DNA of 64,000 nt from Candidatus Latescibacterota bacterium (GCA_965116885.1 OZ220741.1:5408001-5472000); one strand, 5' to 3'. Positions 39,003 to 49,053 are shown, numbered from the stretch's first letter. Numbers and translations are program-made. Notes: a model not told the origin generated them from the letters alone.

Positions 39003-39093
39003 ATAATAACACCGAGAACCGTCTCGGTCAAGCTGCGTACTATTATTATTCCCATTCCGACATCTTGACATGAGAGTAATGGCGACTTATCAT
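39003..39093. promoter_or_regulatory. divergent sigma70 promoters with operator-like palindrome
   Basis: Minus: TTGACC-17-TATTAT (39031-39003) overlapping ACCGAGA-N4-TCTCGGT; plus: TTGACA-17-TATCAT (39065-39093). Confidence 0.7.
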
Positions 39094-39139
39094 GAGCGTT
39101 CCATCATTCATAGAGTATCACACATAGCCGAGGCTTATT

Positions 39140-39919
39140 ATGCACCAGACTTTCTCAGGCATCCTGGAAGAAATGACCATAGACGACGTGCGATCTCTCA
39201 CACCCAATGTAGCGGTCATCCCCATAGGCTCCACCGAACCGCACGGACCTGCATTGCCCTATGGAACGGACAACTTTCAGGTCGAATACGTCGCTTACGG
39301 AGGCACGCGCAAAGCCAATGAAATGGGCGGGCGCGTCGTGTGTTTGCCCACACAGCGGGTGAGCTTAAACAACAACTTCCGCGCTTTCCCATTCGCCTGC
39401 CGCATGCAAGTCCCCACATTTATGAACCTGTTGAAAGACCTCGTGGCAATGTGCCGCGCGGAAAATGTACACCGCATTGTATTCATCAATGGTCACGGCG
39501 GCAATCCCGACGCCCTCCGCGCAACACAGCGCGATTTAGCCGCACAAGATAACCTCTTCACATGCTTGATCAGCACGGGATCCTGTGCATCGGAAGACGC
39601 AAAAGCCTTATGGGAAAATCGCAGCGATCACGCAGGCGAAGAAGAAACCTCCCAAATCCTGTTCTTGCGCCCCGAACTCGTGCGCGAAGATCTGATAGCC
39701 AACAACCCTCCCCAGTATCCCAAATTGAAAACACTGCGGGAATTTGACATCCACTTTGTGCGTCCCTGGCATTTGTATTTGCCCATATCCGCTGGCGGCG
39801 ACGCGCGAAAAGCATCGGCGCAAAAAGGCGAGACCGTCTTAAACTCAGCCGTGGAAGGAACCGGGCGATTCCTTGCTGAACTATCACAGGCAGAGGACTC
39901 AGAGACATTTCCCTATTGA
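39140..39919 (+). CDS. creatininase family amidohydrolase
   Basis: PIGSTEPHGPALPYGTD, NGHGGN, DHAGEEETS. Confidence 0.88.
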   Translation: MHQTFSGILEEMTIDDVRSLTPNVAVIPIGSTEPHGPALPYGTDNFQVEYVAYGGTRKANEMGGRVVCLPTQRVSLNNNFRAFPFACRMQVPTFMNLLKDLVAMCRAENVHRIVFINGHGGNPDALRATQRDLAAQDNLFTCLISTGSCASEDAKALWENRSDHAGEEETSQILFLRPELVREDLIANNPPQYPKLKTLREFDIHFVRPWHLYLPISAGGDARKASAQKGETVLNSAVEGTGRFLAELSQAEDSETFPY

Positions 39920-39931
39920 AAGGACCACAGC

Positions 39932-41020
39932 ATGATCACCTATGACACACTCGGCGTAAAACCATTTATCAACGCGAGTGGCACAATTACCACACTCGGC
40001 GGCAGCTTAATGCCAGATGAAGTACTGGAGGCGATGTGCGCGGCGGGAGGGTCATTTGTCGATTTGAACGACCTGCTCGTAAAAGCGGGTGAATATCTGG
40101 CAGACCGCATTGGCGTACCCGCAGCCTTTATCTCGTGTGGTGCAGCCAGCGGTGTACAATTATCCGCTGCGGCGTGTTTGACGGGACCCGACATAGCAAA
40201 AGCGCGCCAGTTGCCGCATACACAGGGATGGCAAAACGAATTTATAATCAGCCTCGTCGATAGCCATACGTACATCCATCAGGGCATTGAAGTCTGCGGA
40301 GGCAAACTCGTGCGGGTTGGCAGCAAACAAGCGGTAACCAGTGAAGACCTCATCGGCGGAATCGGTGAAAAAACAGCGGCTGTGGTGCATTTCTTGGGCA
40401 AACAAAGCAAAGAGCAACTCGCAGAAGTCATCGCAGGCGCCGACAAACAAGGCGTACCCGTCATGGTGGATGCGGCTGCGCAGTTGCCTCCTCGCTCAAA
40501 CTTAACCGAACTCGTCGAAATGGGTGCGAGCCTGGTGACATTCAGCGGAGGCAAAGGATTGTGCGGACCTCAAAACAGCGGTCTGGTCGTTGGAAAAGAG
40601 GATTGCGTAGAAGCCGTGCGGATCAATGCCAGTCCCCACTCGGCCATTGGACGCGGCATGAAAGTCGGCAAAGAAGAAATCCTGGGATTAATCGTAGCTG
40701 TAGATCTATTTTTGAGCCGAAGCGATGACGAAGACTGCCAGCGCTGGCACGGGCAAGCTCGCGTCGTGGTAGATGCAGTAAAAAATATCGCAAACGCCTA
40801 TGTCATGACCGACGGACAGGATGCCGCGCCCGAGATTGCGCCCCGCGCATACATAGACCTGCCGGATGGACAGCGCGATGCCGTGATACATGCATTGAAA
40901 GAAGGCGAGCCATCAATTGTCGTGCGGCGAAGTCCCAGAGGTATTATGATCGACCCCATGACCATGCAAATAGGTGAAGAAGCCGTAGTCGCAGAAAAAT
41001 TGCTGGAGGTACTGACATGA
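39932..41020 (+). CDS. SelA-like PLP-dependent enzyme (DgaE, D-glucosaminate-6-phosphate ammonia-lyase-like)
   Basis: INASGTITTLGGS, VDAAAQ, FSGGKGL (PLP Lys), IGRGMKVGKEE. Confidence 0.8.
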   Translation: MITYDTLGVKPFINASGTITTLGGSLMPDEVLEAMCAAGGSFVDLNDLLVKAGEYLADRIGVPAAFISCGAASGVQLSAAACLTGPDIAKARQLPHTQGWQNEFIISLVDSHTYIHQGIEVCGGKLVRVGSKQAVTSEDLIGGIGEKTAAVVHFLGKQSKEQLAEVIAGADKQGVPVMVDAAAQLPPRSNLTELVEMGASLVTFSGGKGLCGPQNSGLVVGKEDCVEAVRINASPHSAIGRGMKVGKEEILGLIVAVDLFLSRSDDEDCQRWHGQARVVVDAVKNIANAYVMTDGQDAAPEIAPRAYIDLPDGQRDAVIHALKEGEPSIVVRRSPRGIMIDPMTMQIGEEAVVAEKLLEVLT

Positions 41021-41844
41021 TCGACGCGCATTTACACCTCACGCACAACGGCAGATCGGTTGAAGAAACCATCACACATATCGAAGCCATCGGCGCGGAA
41101 AAAGCCGTCATGCTACCCATTGAAGATGGCGACGACGAATTTGGCTGGATGACCGAAGACATAGTAAAGGCGCATCGGGATTATCCGGACACCATCATAC
41201 CCTTCTGCCATGTAGATGTCACGCGGGAAGACGCCGTGACCGAACTGGAAAAACGCGCCGCCAGCGGCGTATTTAAGGGCTATGGCGAACAAAAACAGCA
41301 CCTGCGACTGGACGATCCGCGATTGGAAAACATATTGACAATCTGCAATGAATTGAACTGGCCCGTAACCTGGCACTTTCAAGAAGGCGAGCGGGGATAT
41401 AACCAGGGAATTGAACACCTCGAAGTGCTCCTGAAAAAATTCCCCAATACTAAATTCATCGGCCATGCCCAATCGTGGTGGGCGCATATCAGCGCCGCCG
41501 TACCCGCCCCCGAAGAGACCCTGTATCCCACAGGCGCGGTCAAACCCGGCGGCTTAATAGATCGGCTATTGGCAGACTATCCCAATATGTTTGCCGATTT
41601 ATCCGCGGGTTCGGGTCTGGGTGGCCTGACGCGGGACGAGGACTTTACCGCGGGATTCCTGGCGCGGCATGGCAAAAAATTGATGTTTGCCACGGACTGT
41701 CCATGTAGAGATGGCAAAGGTGAGGGCCTCTCCCGCGGCGCGTGTTTCGCGCAATTGAGTCTCCCATTCCTCAACCGCATGCTCGCTCCCGATGCACTGG
41801 AGGATATCTTGCACAACAATGCAGTGAGGATTTTAAACCTGTGA
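41017..41844 (+). CDS. amidohydrolase_2 family protein
   Basis: IDAHLH, FIGHA, DLSAGSG, FATD, NAVRIL. Confidence 0.85.
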   Translation: MIDAHLHLTHNGRSVEETITHIEAIGAEKAVMLPIEDGDDEFGWMTEDIVKAHRDYPDTIIPFCHVDVTREDAVTELEKRAASGVFKGYGEQKQHLRLDDPRLENILTICNELNWPVTWHFQEGERGYNQGIEHLEVLLKKFPNTKFIGHAQSWWAHISAAVPAPEETLYPTGAVKPGGLIDRLLADYPNMFADLSAGSGLGGLTRDEDFTAGFLARHGKKLMFATDCPCRDGKGEGLSRGACFAQLSLPFLNRMLAPDALEDILHNNAVRILNL

Positions 41845-41872
41845 GAACCAGACTATCCTGCAGGAGCATAGT

Positions 41873-42784
41873 TTGAAAAAAGTTTATGTGTTGCTGACAA
41901 TGGACTGCGAGACGGCCAGATCCGACGTGACCCCACATGCGCGGCAAATGTCGGGCAGTGGCCCTGCGGATTACCGGGAGAGTGAACGGTCGATCTATTT
42001 TTACTTTGAAACGGCAAAGACGTACGGGTTTCCGGTCACGTTTTTTGCACACCCGGAAGTAGCGCTTGAGAATGCGGACCTGCTTCAGACGCTACAGGAA
42101 CAGGGCGCGTGTTTGGGGCTGCATTTGCATCCATACAAACTCAGTGGAGGAAGATACAAATACGATCTGGGCGCATATTCTGCGCATGCGCAACGCGAGA
42201 TTATTCAAGAGGCAATGGAGATATGGGCGTCTGCGCTGGGCAAGGTGCCCCGTTATTTCAGGGCGGGTTATTTTTCGGCCAATGATTGCACATTCGACGT
42301 GCTGAGCGAACTGGGATTTGTGGGCGGCAGTCTTTCAAATCCGGGGCGGGTTCTACCCGCGCACTGCAGTGTTTGGGCCGGTGCAGAGTCCTATCCCCAC
42401 CGGGCGCATCTGGGATTTCGTTTGATTCGAGGAAATAGCGACTTTATCAATGTGCCGGTATCCGCAGCATTTGGCAGGCCGGTTGCGAAGGGCCATGCAG
42501 GCGAGCAGGGCTATGAATGGTCCTATGTCCCGCACACGTACGACCACAGGGCAATTATTCGGGATGTACTGAATCGTTTCCGAACCGAAAATCCCCGGTT
42601 TGGCACCCTTGTGACGGACAGCCATAATGACCAGGATTATTCCGACCCCGGGCATCCCGCAAGGCAGAACCTGGAGTTGATACTCAGATCGATTGGGGAC
42701 TTCTGCGGACAGATGGAGATGATCCCCGTGGGGATTACGCTCGATGCCCTGTGTGAGCTTGTTCTGAAGGAAAGACCGACATGA
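41873..42784 (+). CDS. polysaccharide deacetylase-like (NodB fold) protein
   Basis: LTMDCE, VTFF, GLHLHP, FRAGYFS; TTG start. Confidence 0.7.
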   Translation: MKKVYVLLTMDCETARSDVTPHARQMSGSGPADYRESERSIYFYFETAKTYGFPVTFFAHPEVALENADLLQTLQEQGACLGLHLHPYKLSGGRYKYDLGAYSAHAQREIIQEAMEIWASALGKVPRYFRAGYFSANDCTFDVLSELGFVGGSLSNPGRVLPAHCSVWAGAESYPHRAHLGFRLIRGNSDFINVPVSAAFGRPVAKGHAGEQGYEWSYVPHTYDHRAIIRDVLNRFRTENPRFGTLVTDSHNDQDYSDPGHPARQNLELILRSIGDFCGQMEMIPVGITLDALCELVLKERPT

Positions 42785-45582
42785 AAAGCGCGTACAAACC
42801 CCAGGATATCGAAAACGCCCGGCAAAATCTATCTCGCTACAGTTGGGCGCAGGAAATCGTGAATGGCTGGGCGCAAAGCGTCGCATTTGCCATGCAGCAA
42901 GATCGGGCGTTTTTCGACACAATGATCCCCGAATTGACCCCCGGCACGCATTACGGTCAGAACTGTCCGAACTGTGTGGGCAAGCAATCGCTAATGGGCG
43001 GCGGACTCTTTGACTGGCACATTGACAGCCCGGATGAGATTACCTGTCGCGCCTGTGGCGCAGTTTACCCCAACGCGCAGTACCCAGAGACCGGCGTACT
43101 GGTATGCCCGCGGATGGGTCAACAGTTCACCTATTACGAAACACCTGAAGAAGTGGCCGATCCAGAAAATCGCGCAAAACACGCGCTCAAATGGCTGGGG
43201 GACCGCCCCACAATGACGAGTTTTAGCGGTCATATTCGAGATCGCAAAACAGGCTGGGCGCGAAGCCAAGCATTGACACTCGCCAAGCTGTACGCAGTAA
43301 CAGATGAAATTGGATACGCGGAACGCGCAGTGTGGATCCTCGACCGAGTCGCCCGGGTATTCCCGAATTACCTCTACCATTCCTATGACGGAAGTATTGC
43401 AGACTGGCCACCTGCAGAGGTGGCGGCCAACATGGGCAAAGAAGAGGCCGAAGGTGGCCCTCGTGGGGGACGCTTTCCAAAAGATGCGATCTGCCATGCT
43501 TACGGTTTGCACCAATTTGAGGATTATTCGACACTAAATAACGGATTCTGGGGCGCGGGCCGCATGAATGTCCACGGAAAGGGAAGCGATGCCGGGGCGC
43601 TATTTGTATTAACTGTTGCCTACGATCTAATCCGCAATGCAGAGTACGCGCCTGGTCGCCGATTGCTGGACGGAGATACGGAGCGACGGATAACAGAGGA
43701 CTTAATTCTGGCCGGATGTGCGGACATGATGCACTGGAACTCTCTAAGCAACAAGGGCACAGCGGTTTTCGTACTAAGCGCTGCGGTAGGAACACTTCTG
43801 AATCACCCACAGAAAGTGCGGCACGCGCTGGATGGCTTCAATCGGATGCTGGCAGAACGGTATCATCACGATGGCTTTTACTCGGAATCGCCCGCCTATT
43901 CTGCTCACAACCTTTCCAACGTGCATGAACTGGCCGACCTGCTACACGGATATAGCGACCCCCCTGATTATCAGCCAGAAGAAGGCGAGCGGATCGAGCA
44001 GTTAGACATGTTTTCAAGCGGCCGTTACCCCCTCTCTCTACTATCTCTAACAAAAATGCTCGCACCCGGCAACCGCATGCCAATAATTGGAGATACGAAG
44101 TATGATACCGAAGCAAATCTCCTCGCCGCTGAAATCCTCGCCGCTCGCCTCGGTGGTGCGTATGCTGGCTTGCTGGAACTCATTCAGGGAGCGCCTTTAT
44201 CCAAAAAAGGCGGAGAATACGCGCTCTGGTACCGTCCTTATGATCTACGGGCAGAGACAGCGACACTACCCCTGCATACCGAGTGGTTCCCCGGCTGGCA
44301 TGTGGGCGTCTTGCGCGGCGGTCGAGATGACACCGCGCTTTATTTAAACGGCAATGAGCACCAGTGGACCTTGCAAACCAGTCACCGGCAGCAAGATATC
44401 TTAAGCCTGAGCTATTACGCTTATGGGGAGGAACTCGCCTCGGACCGCGGTTATTTTTCCGGCAGCAGCCAGCAACTCCCAGACGGCCGCAGCGGGCAGG
44501 TCTGGGTGAAAAGCAGTCTATCGCACAACCTGGTAGTAGTCGATGAGGAAGAGCAAAACAACACGGCTTGCGGTTCCAACCTGGAATTATTTGGCACAGC
44601 ACCAGGCATTGAAGTCGTACAGGCCTCGGGCGTGAATGTGTACCCCCAGTGCCGAGAATATCGGCGCACCTGCGCGATGGTGACAACGCCGCAGGGACAA
44701 ACCTATAGTGTGGATTTTTTTCGGACCAAAGGCGGGCGGATCCATCAATACAATTTCCACTGCAATGGCTCACCAATGGGTATGAACCCGACAACGCCAT
44801 CGCCGCAGACAGTAGCTCTGGGAGACACCTGGGATATGTGGCTCGAAAATCCTCAGGCGATTGCGCCCCAGGGACCGACCACATTTACATGGCAATTTCG
44901 GAATGTGAATCTGGATCTGATGTTGTTAAATGCACCAGACCGCATTATTCTCGCAGATGCGCCTGGCTGGCGGGTTGGAACACCTGAGGAATTGGAAAAA
45001 CCATCAATCAGACAAATTTTCGCGGAGAACCGCGCTGGGGATGGCAATGAGACACTTGCAAGCCAGTACGCCGCCGTAATTGCGCCCTACGAAACTGGAG
45101 CATCTCCACTACTTAGCGCGCGATTGCTCGCAGATGACCCAGACGCCGGTGTTCTCGCAATTGAAGTAAAACTACCGGACCGCACCGATTATATTATTTC
45201 AACGAAAGACCAACAAGAGCGACAATTCGGCCCCGTAACCGCTGCCGCTCAATTCGCATTTGTATCGGTAAATGATCAAGGCGTACAGGGCTATTTGCTG
45301 AACGGCACAGTATTGTCGTGTGGCAATCTAAAAATTTCACTAACAGAGCCAAGTACCACACTGAAGGTACAGTCGGTAGAGAAAAATGTATTTCATCTCG
45401 CAGAACCATTACAAAACCCACAGGCAGTCATCGGCTCTTATTTACTCGCCGGAGAGTCACCCCAGACCGGTTTTGAAATTGCATCGGCCACAGAAAACGC
45501 GATTACCGTGCGGGACTATCCCGCGATTATTTGCGACAAAATCAGAATCTTAAATTCCGCCTGGGCGCATGTCGCGTCTTAA
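42781..45582 (+). CDS. heparinase II/III-like polysaccharide lyase
   Basis: alpha-toroid N-part with DGFYSESPAY; SHRQQDILSL, SDRGY, SHNLVVVDE C-terminal domain. Confidence 0.78.
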   Translation: MKSAYKPQDIENARQNLSRYSWAQEIVNGWAQSVAFAMQQDRAFFDTMIPELTPGTHYGQNCPNCVGKQSLMGGGLFDWHIDSPDEITCRACGAVYPNAQYPETGVLVCPRMGQQFTYYETPEEVADPENRAKHALKWLGDRPTMTSFSGHIRDRKTGWARSQALTLAKLYAVTDEIGYAERAVWILDRVARVFPNYLYHSYDGSIADWPPAEVAANMGKEEAEGGPRGGRFPKDAICHAYGLHQFEDYSTLNNGFWGAGRMNVHGKGSDAGALFVLTVAYDLIRNAEYAPGRRLLDGDTERRITEDLILAGCADMMHWNSLSNKGTAVFVLSAAVGTLLNHPQKVRHALDGFNRMLAERYHHDGFYSESPAYSAHNLSNVHELADLLHGYSDPPDYQPEEGERIEQLDMFSSGRYPLSLLSLTKMLAPGNRMPIIGDTKYDTEANLLAAEILAARLGGAYAGLLELIQGAPLSKKGGEYALWYRPYDLRAETATLPLHTEWFPGWHVGVLRGGRDDTALYLNGNEHQWTLQTSHRQQDILSLSYYAYGEELASDRGYFSGSSQQLPDGRSGQVWVKSSLSHNLVVVDEEEQNNTACGSNLELFGTAPGIEVVQASGVNVYPQCREYRRTCAMVTTPQGQTYSVDFFRTKGGRIHQYNFHCNGSPMGMNPTTPSPQTVALGDTWDMWLENPQAIAPQGPTTFTWQFRNVNLDLMLLNAPDRIILADAPGWRVGTPEELEKPSIRQIFAENRAGDGNETLASQYAAVIAPYETGASPLLSARLLADDPDAGVLAIEVKLPDRTDYIISTKDQQERQFGPVTAAAQFAFVSVNDQGVQGYLLNGTVLSCGNLKISLTEPSTTLKVQSVEKNVFHLAEPLQNPQAVIGSYLLAGESPQTGFEIASATENAITVRDYPAIICDKIRILNSAWAHVAS

Positions 45583-45599
45583 AATAGGGAGGGAATCAC

Positions 45600-46640
45600 A
45601 TGCAAATCTTCGATCAATATTCAGATCTCCTGCAGCAGATTGAACAGAAAGGCTATCCATCCCAGGTACTCGGACATACGCCGGATGGGGCACCGCTGGT
45701 ATGTATCAGAACCGGAGGAGAAAAAACACCGGCTATTTTTATCAGCGCGGGCAGTCATTCGACAGAACAGGCCGGAGTCGGAGCGGCAATGGGACTTCTG
45801 GACGTACTCGACACAGAACACCAGGTCTATGTGATACCCACCCGCGATCCAATGGGAATGAACGGATACGCGTACGCGCTGAGCTTGAGCCTCGGCGAAG
45901 AGCCGGAATTAAACTCCGTAGAAGATGTCGAGAAAATTCTGCGAGCACACGGCGAGGTACTCTACGAAGAGGATGAAACAGTAGTCGCAATCATAGGCGA
46001 ATACGGGTATTCGACTAAGGGAATTTTTGGAAAATTCGAGGTGGGAGTTAATTTTATAGAACCGCTCTTTGGACGGCGCATTTTCTTTCCATCAAGCGCC
46101 GAAGGCATTGAAGGCACTGCCCTCTGCCAGCGAGCATATACCCTGATTGTAAGTCCAGAAGGCGAGATATTGCACATCAATCGCTTTCACGATACAGCGT
46201 GGTCGCCCGTGGAACCGCGTTGCACGCGCAATTTAATGGCCGAAATTCAGCCCGGACTGACACTGGACCTCCACGAATACGGAGGAGACGGCTTCTGGTT
46301 CTCCGCCCGTCACCAGCGCAATGCAGATGATGAAATGTGGGAAAAGCGGATGGCAGATGCAATAATTCGAGCAGTTGCCGATTCCGGAGCCAAACTTGCG
46401 CCAGAAGGTTATTCGCCCGGATCGTTTTTTGAAACAGGAGAACGCGGCGTATTCTGGTTGATCGCCCAGGAGCGAGGAGAGGGTCTGAATCTGGCCGATT
46501 ACGGGGCGCATCAATACGGTCCGTCGTTCACAATTGAGACGGGAATGACCATGCAGGGCGGGTATCAGGAGCGCGTGCAAACATCTATGCTGGCAGCGCA
46601 AACCGCGATCTCGGTTTTTGAAGAACGATGGGTTAAATAA
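45600..46640 (+). CDS. M14-family zinc carboxypeptidase/deacylase-like protein
   Basis: AGSHSTE (HxxE), NR, DLHE, TIET. Confidence 0.7.
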   Translation: MQIFDQYSDLLQQIEQKGYPSQVLGHTPDGAPLVCIRTGGEKTPAIFISAGSHSTEQAGVGAAMGLLDVLDTEHQVYVIPTRDPMGMNGYAYALSLSLGEEPELNSVEDVEKILRAHGEVLYEEDETVVAIIGEYGYSTKGIFGKFEVGVNFIEPLFGRRIFFPSSAEGIEGTALCQRAYTLIVSPEGEILHINRFHDTAWSPVEPRCTRNLMAEIQPGLTLDLHEYGGDGFWFSARHQRNADDEMWEKRMADAIIRAVADSGAKLAPEGYSPGSFFETGERGVFWLIAQERGEGLNLADYGAHQYGPSFTIETGMTMQGGYQERVQTSMLAAQTAISVFEERWVK

Positions 46641-46665
46641 GGCGTTTACATGCTCATGCAGGAGA

Positions 46666-46887
46666 TCACGATTCTGAGATTAATGAACGGAGTGCTTTAT
46701 TTACAGAATTGGAATCGGGGAAATGTTGTTTTACATCTGGGTCTAACATAATAGAACCGTCTTCCTCTGTGAAACAGCGGGTTTCTATTGAGCCATCCTC
46801 TTTTCTTATTTTAACCGTATGCCCTTCACGGTAAGCCTTAAAATGTTTTCCCTGAACCCCGTCAGCGAAATCGTATTCTGATCGCAT
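46666..46887 (-). CDS. orphan antitoxin-like protein (BrnT-partner type)
   Basis: MRSEYDF...GKH...LDPDV...FPDSNSVNKALRSLI; no toxin gene upstream. Confidence 0.7.
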   Translation of the reverse strand: MRSEYDFADGVQGKHFKAYREGHTVKIRKEDGSIETRCFTEEDGSIMLDPDVKQHFPDSNSVNKALRSLISES

Positions 46888-46991
46888 GTTCTTGTTTTTT
46901 CTCCATTTTGCTTGATTTATTACATTTGTAATATTTCAATAATAGCCAAATTTCACGCGTACTACAAGAGAAGAAATCTAAAGGACGAATA

Positions 46992-47306
46992 ATGGACAAT
47001 ATCTTCACAGGTATTCCGAAAACTCTGGAAAATGAATTTTTTGAAGTCTTGCTAACGGATAAAAGCCTGAAAATAGAGCGCATTGTCTCACGCGGACATC
47101 GCTCGCCTGCTTCGGGCTGGTACGACCAGGATCAAAACGAATGGGTGATGGTCGTACGCGGTAAAGCCATCATCTCGTATAAAGACGGCTCGTCAGTCCA
47201 CCTCAAAACAGGAGACCATATTCACATACCCGCCCACACCGAGCATCGAGTGGCGTGGACGGATCCCGACAATGATACGATTTGGTTGGCCGTGCATTAC
47301 CCTTGA
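46992..47306 (+). CDS. cupin domain protein
   Basis: IERIVSRGH, WYDQDQNEWV, IPAHTEHRVAWT. Confidence 0.85.
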   Translation: MDNIFTGIPKTLENEFFEVLLTDKSLKIERIVSRGHRSPASGWYDQDQNEWVMVVRGKAIISYKDGSSVHLKTGDHIHIPAHTEHRVAWTDPDNDTIWLAVHYP

Positions 47307-47319
47307 GGGGAACCACGTT

Positions 47320-48636
47320 ATGAATTTAATCCAAAAAGTTGCATTGTGTGTTTTTGTCACGCTTATTGCGTGTGGTGATAAACCCACAGAACCAGAAAAT
47401 GGAGATAATCCCACAGATAGCGGTCTGGATGCACACCGCTTTGATATTACGGAAAATCAGACCAGCGATTTCGGGATGAACACGCCTGGAGGACGCGGGG
47501 GCAGGGTCATTCGGGTGACAAATCTATTGCCGAGTGGACAGGGATCGCTGGATGCGGCACTATCTGCATCGGGACCACGTATTGTAGTATTTGAAGTGGG
47601 AGGGGTAATTGACCTGAACAAAACGCGGTTGAACATCCGCGAGCCGTTTGTAACTGTGGCGGGACAAACCGCACCGAGCCCGGGCATTACCATCATTCGC
47701 GGTGCCATTTTCATTCAGACACACGATGTAATTATGCAACATATTCGCGTGCGACCAGGCGATGCGGGAGAACCCAGGAGAAGTGGATGGGAGCCGGATG
47801 GCATCTCCACAGCGGGTGCTGATGCGTACAATATATTGATCGATCACTGTTCGATTTCATGGGCAGTAGATGAAAATTTGAGCGCGTCTGGTCCAAACAC
47901 CGAGGGACCAGATGCAACTTCCCGTCGCATCGCATTTGTCAATTGCATTATCGCCGAATGCCTGAATGATGCATCCCACAGCAAAGGCCCGCACTCCATG
48001 GGATCGCTGATTCACGACTTCTGCCGGGAGATCGCCATCATCGGCAATTTGTATGCCCACAATGCAAATCGCAACCCGTATTTCAAAGCATTTACAACCG
48101 GGGTGATCGTGAACAATTTGATCTACAACCCGGGATCCCGAGCGATTCAACTGAGTTTTTCAGATGCCGAATTTAGCGACACCAATCTCGTTCCGCAAAA
48201 TGCACGCGTGAGTGTGGTCGGCAATGTCATGATTCACGGAGGAAATACCCGGTCGGGGCTGGCACTGGTATCCTCAAAGGGCGATGCCTACCTCGAGGAT
48301 AATATCGCGCTGAATCGAACCGGTGCTAATGTGCCTTTGACCTCGGGCAATATCCGCATTTTGGAAGAGAAGCCCATCTGGGGCAACATCACGCTATTAC
48401 CCGCATCTGCGGTTGTAGAACATGTGGTGCAAAGCGCTGGTGCGCGTCCAAAAGACCGCGATGAAATAGATCAGCGGATTATACACGAATTTCGCGCGCG
48501 CGAAGGCCGGATGATAGATAGCCAGCAGGAGGTGGGTGGATATCCTCAAATAAAAATAGTCAGACGACCGCTGAATATTCCCGCAGATGTGGATGCGTGG
48601 TTAGCGCGACTGGCAGCAGAGCTTGAAGGACAATAA
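47320..48636 (+). CDS. pectate lyase-like (PL1) beta-helix lipoprotein
   Basis: Lipobox LIAC; GGRGGRVIRVTNL, GPRIVVFEVGG, AGQTAP, IDHCSISWAVDE, RNP. Confidence 0.82.
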   Translation: MNLIQKVALCVFVTLIACGDKPTEPENGDNPTDSGLDAHRFDITENQTSDFGMNTPGGRGGRVIRVTNLLPSGQGSLDAALSASGPRIVVFEVGGVIDLNKTRLNIREPFVTVAGQTAPSPGITIIRGAIFIQTHDVIMQHIRVRPGDAGEPRRSGWEPDGISTAGADAYNILIDHCSISWAVDENLSASGPNTEGPDATSRRIAFVNCIIAECLNDASHSKGPHSMGSLIHDFCREIAIIGNLYAHNANRNPYFKAFTTGVIVNNLIYNPGSRAIQLSFSDAEFSDTNLVPQNARVSVVGNVMIHGGNTRSGLALVSSKGDAYLEDNIALNRTGANVPLTSGNIRILEEKPIWGNITLLPASAVVEHVVQSAGARPKDRDEIDQRIIHEFRAREGRMIDSQQEVGGYPQIKIVRRPLNIPADVDAWLARLAAELEGQ

Positions 48637-48753
48637 CCATTATGACCTCGACGACTTGATTTTCGCAATGGCTCCGGTCCCTGTGCGCTCACGGCCCCGA
48701 TAGAACGGCCGACACCTGTTGGACTTGACCCATTTCGGTGGGACCCTTAATGT

Positions 48754-49053
48754 CTAACGCGATTCACTTGCTTCCTTAAATGCCTTCAGAACCGCGTTGA
48801 TTTGCGTCTGATAATGTGTATAATGCGTGCGATACCAGTTCAAGACTTCCGGTTCCATTCGCAGAGAAATTGGGACGCGCTTTTTTGGATAGACGACCCG
48901 TAACTGTGTCATATCGCAGTCATCAAGCGTGAGGGTATCGGGATCGTCTTTTATTGCATTGTCGATCTCCTCATCTGTCACGCGATCCAAATAATCAAAG
49001 TCTGTCCGCGACTTCTCGTTTTTAGACTTTCGACCAGTAAATCTCTCGTTCAT
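48754..49053 (-). CDS. brnA: BrnA antitoxin
   Basis: TDFDYL, ISLRMEPEVLNWYR, YQTQINAVL; start MNERFT overlapping brnT. Confidence 0.82.
   Translation of the reverse strand: MNERFTGRKSKNEKSRTDFDYLDRVTDEEIDNAIKDDPDTLTLDDCDMTQLRVVYPKKRVPISLRMEPEVLNWYRTHYTHYQTQINAVLKAFKEASESR

Noticed and set aside
39932..41020. Possible true selenocysteine synthase selA supporting the Sec-ArsC
   Set aside because: At 362 aa it lacks the SelA N-terminal domain, has DgaE-type motifs (IGRGMKVGKE), sits in a catabolic operon and has no selB/selC nearby.
48752..48758. GTCTAAC as an integron attC core site next to brnTA
   Set aside because: No matching partner box or attC-like stem and no integrase; a 7-mer is expected by chance.
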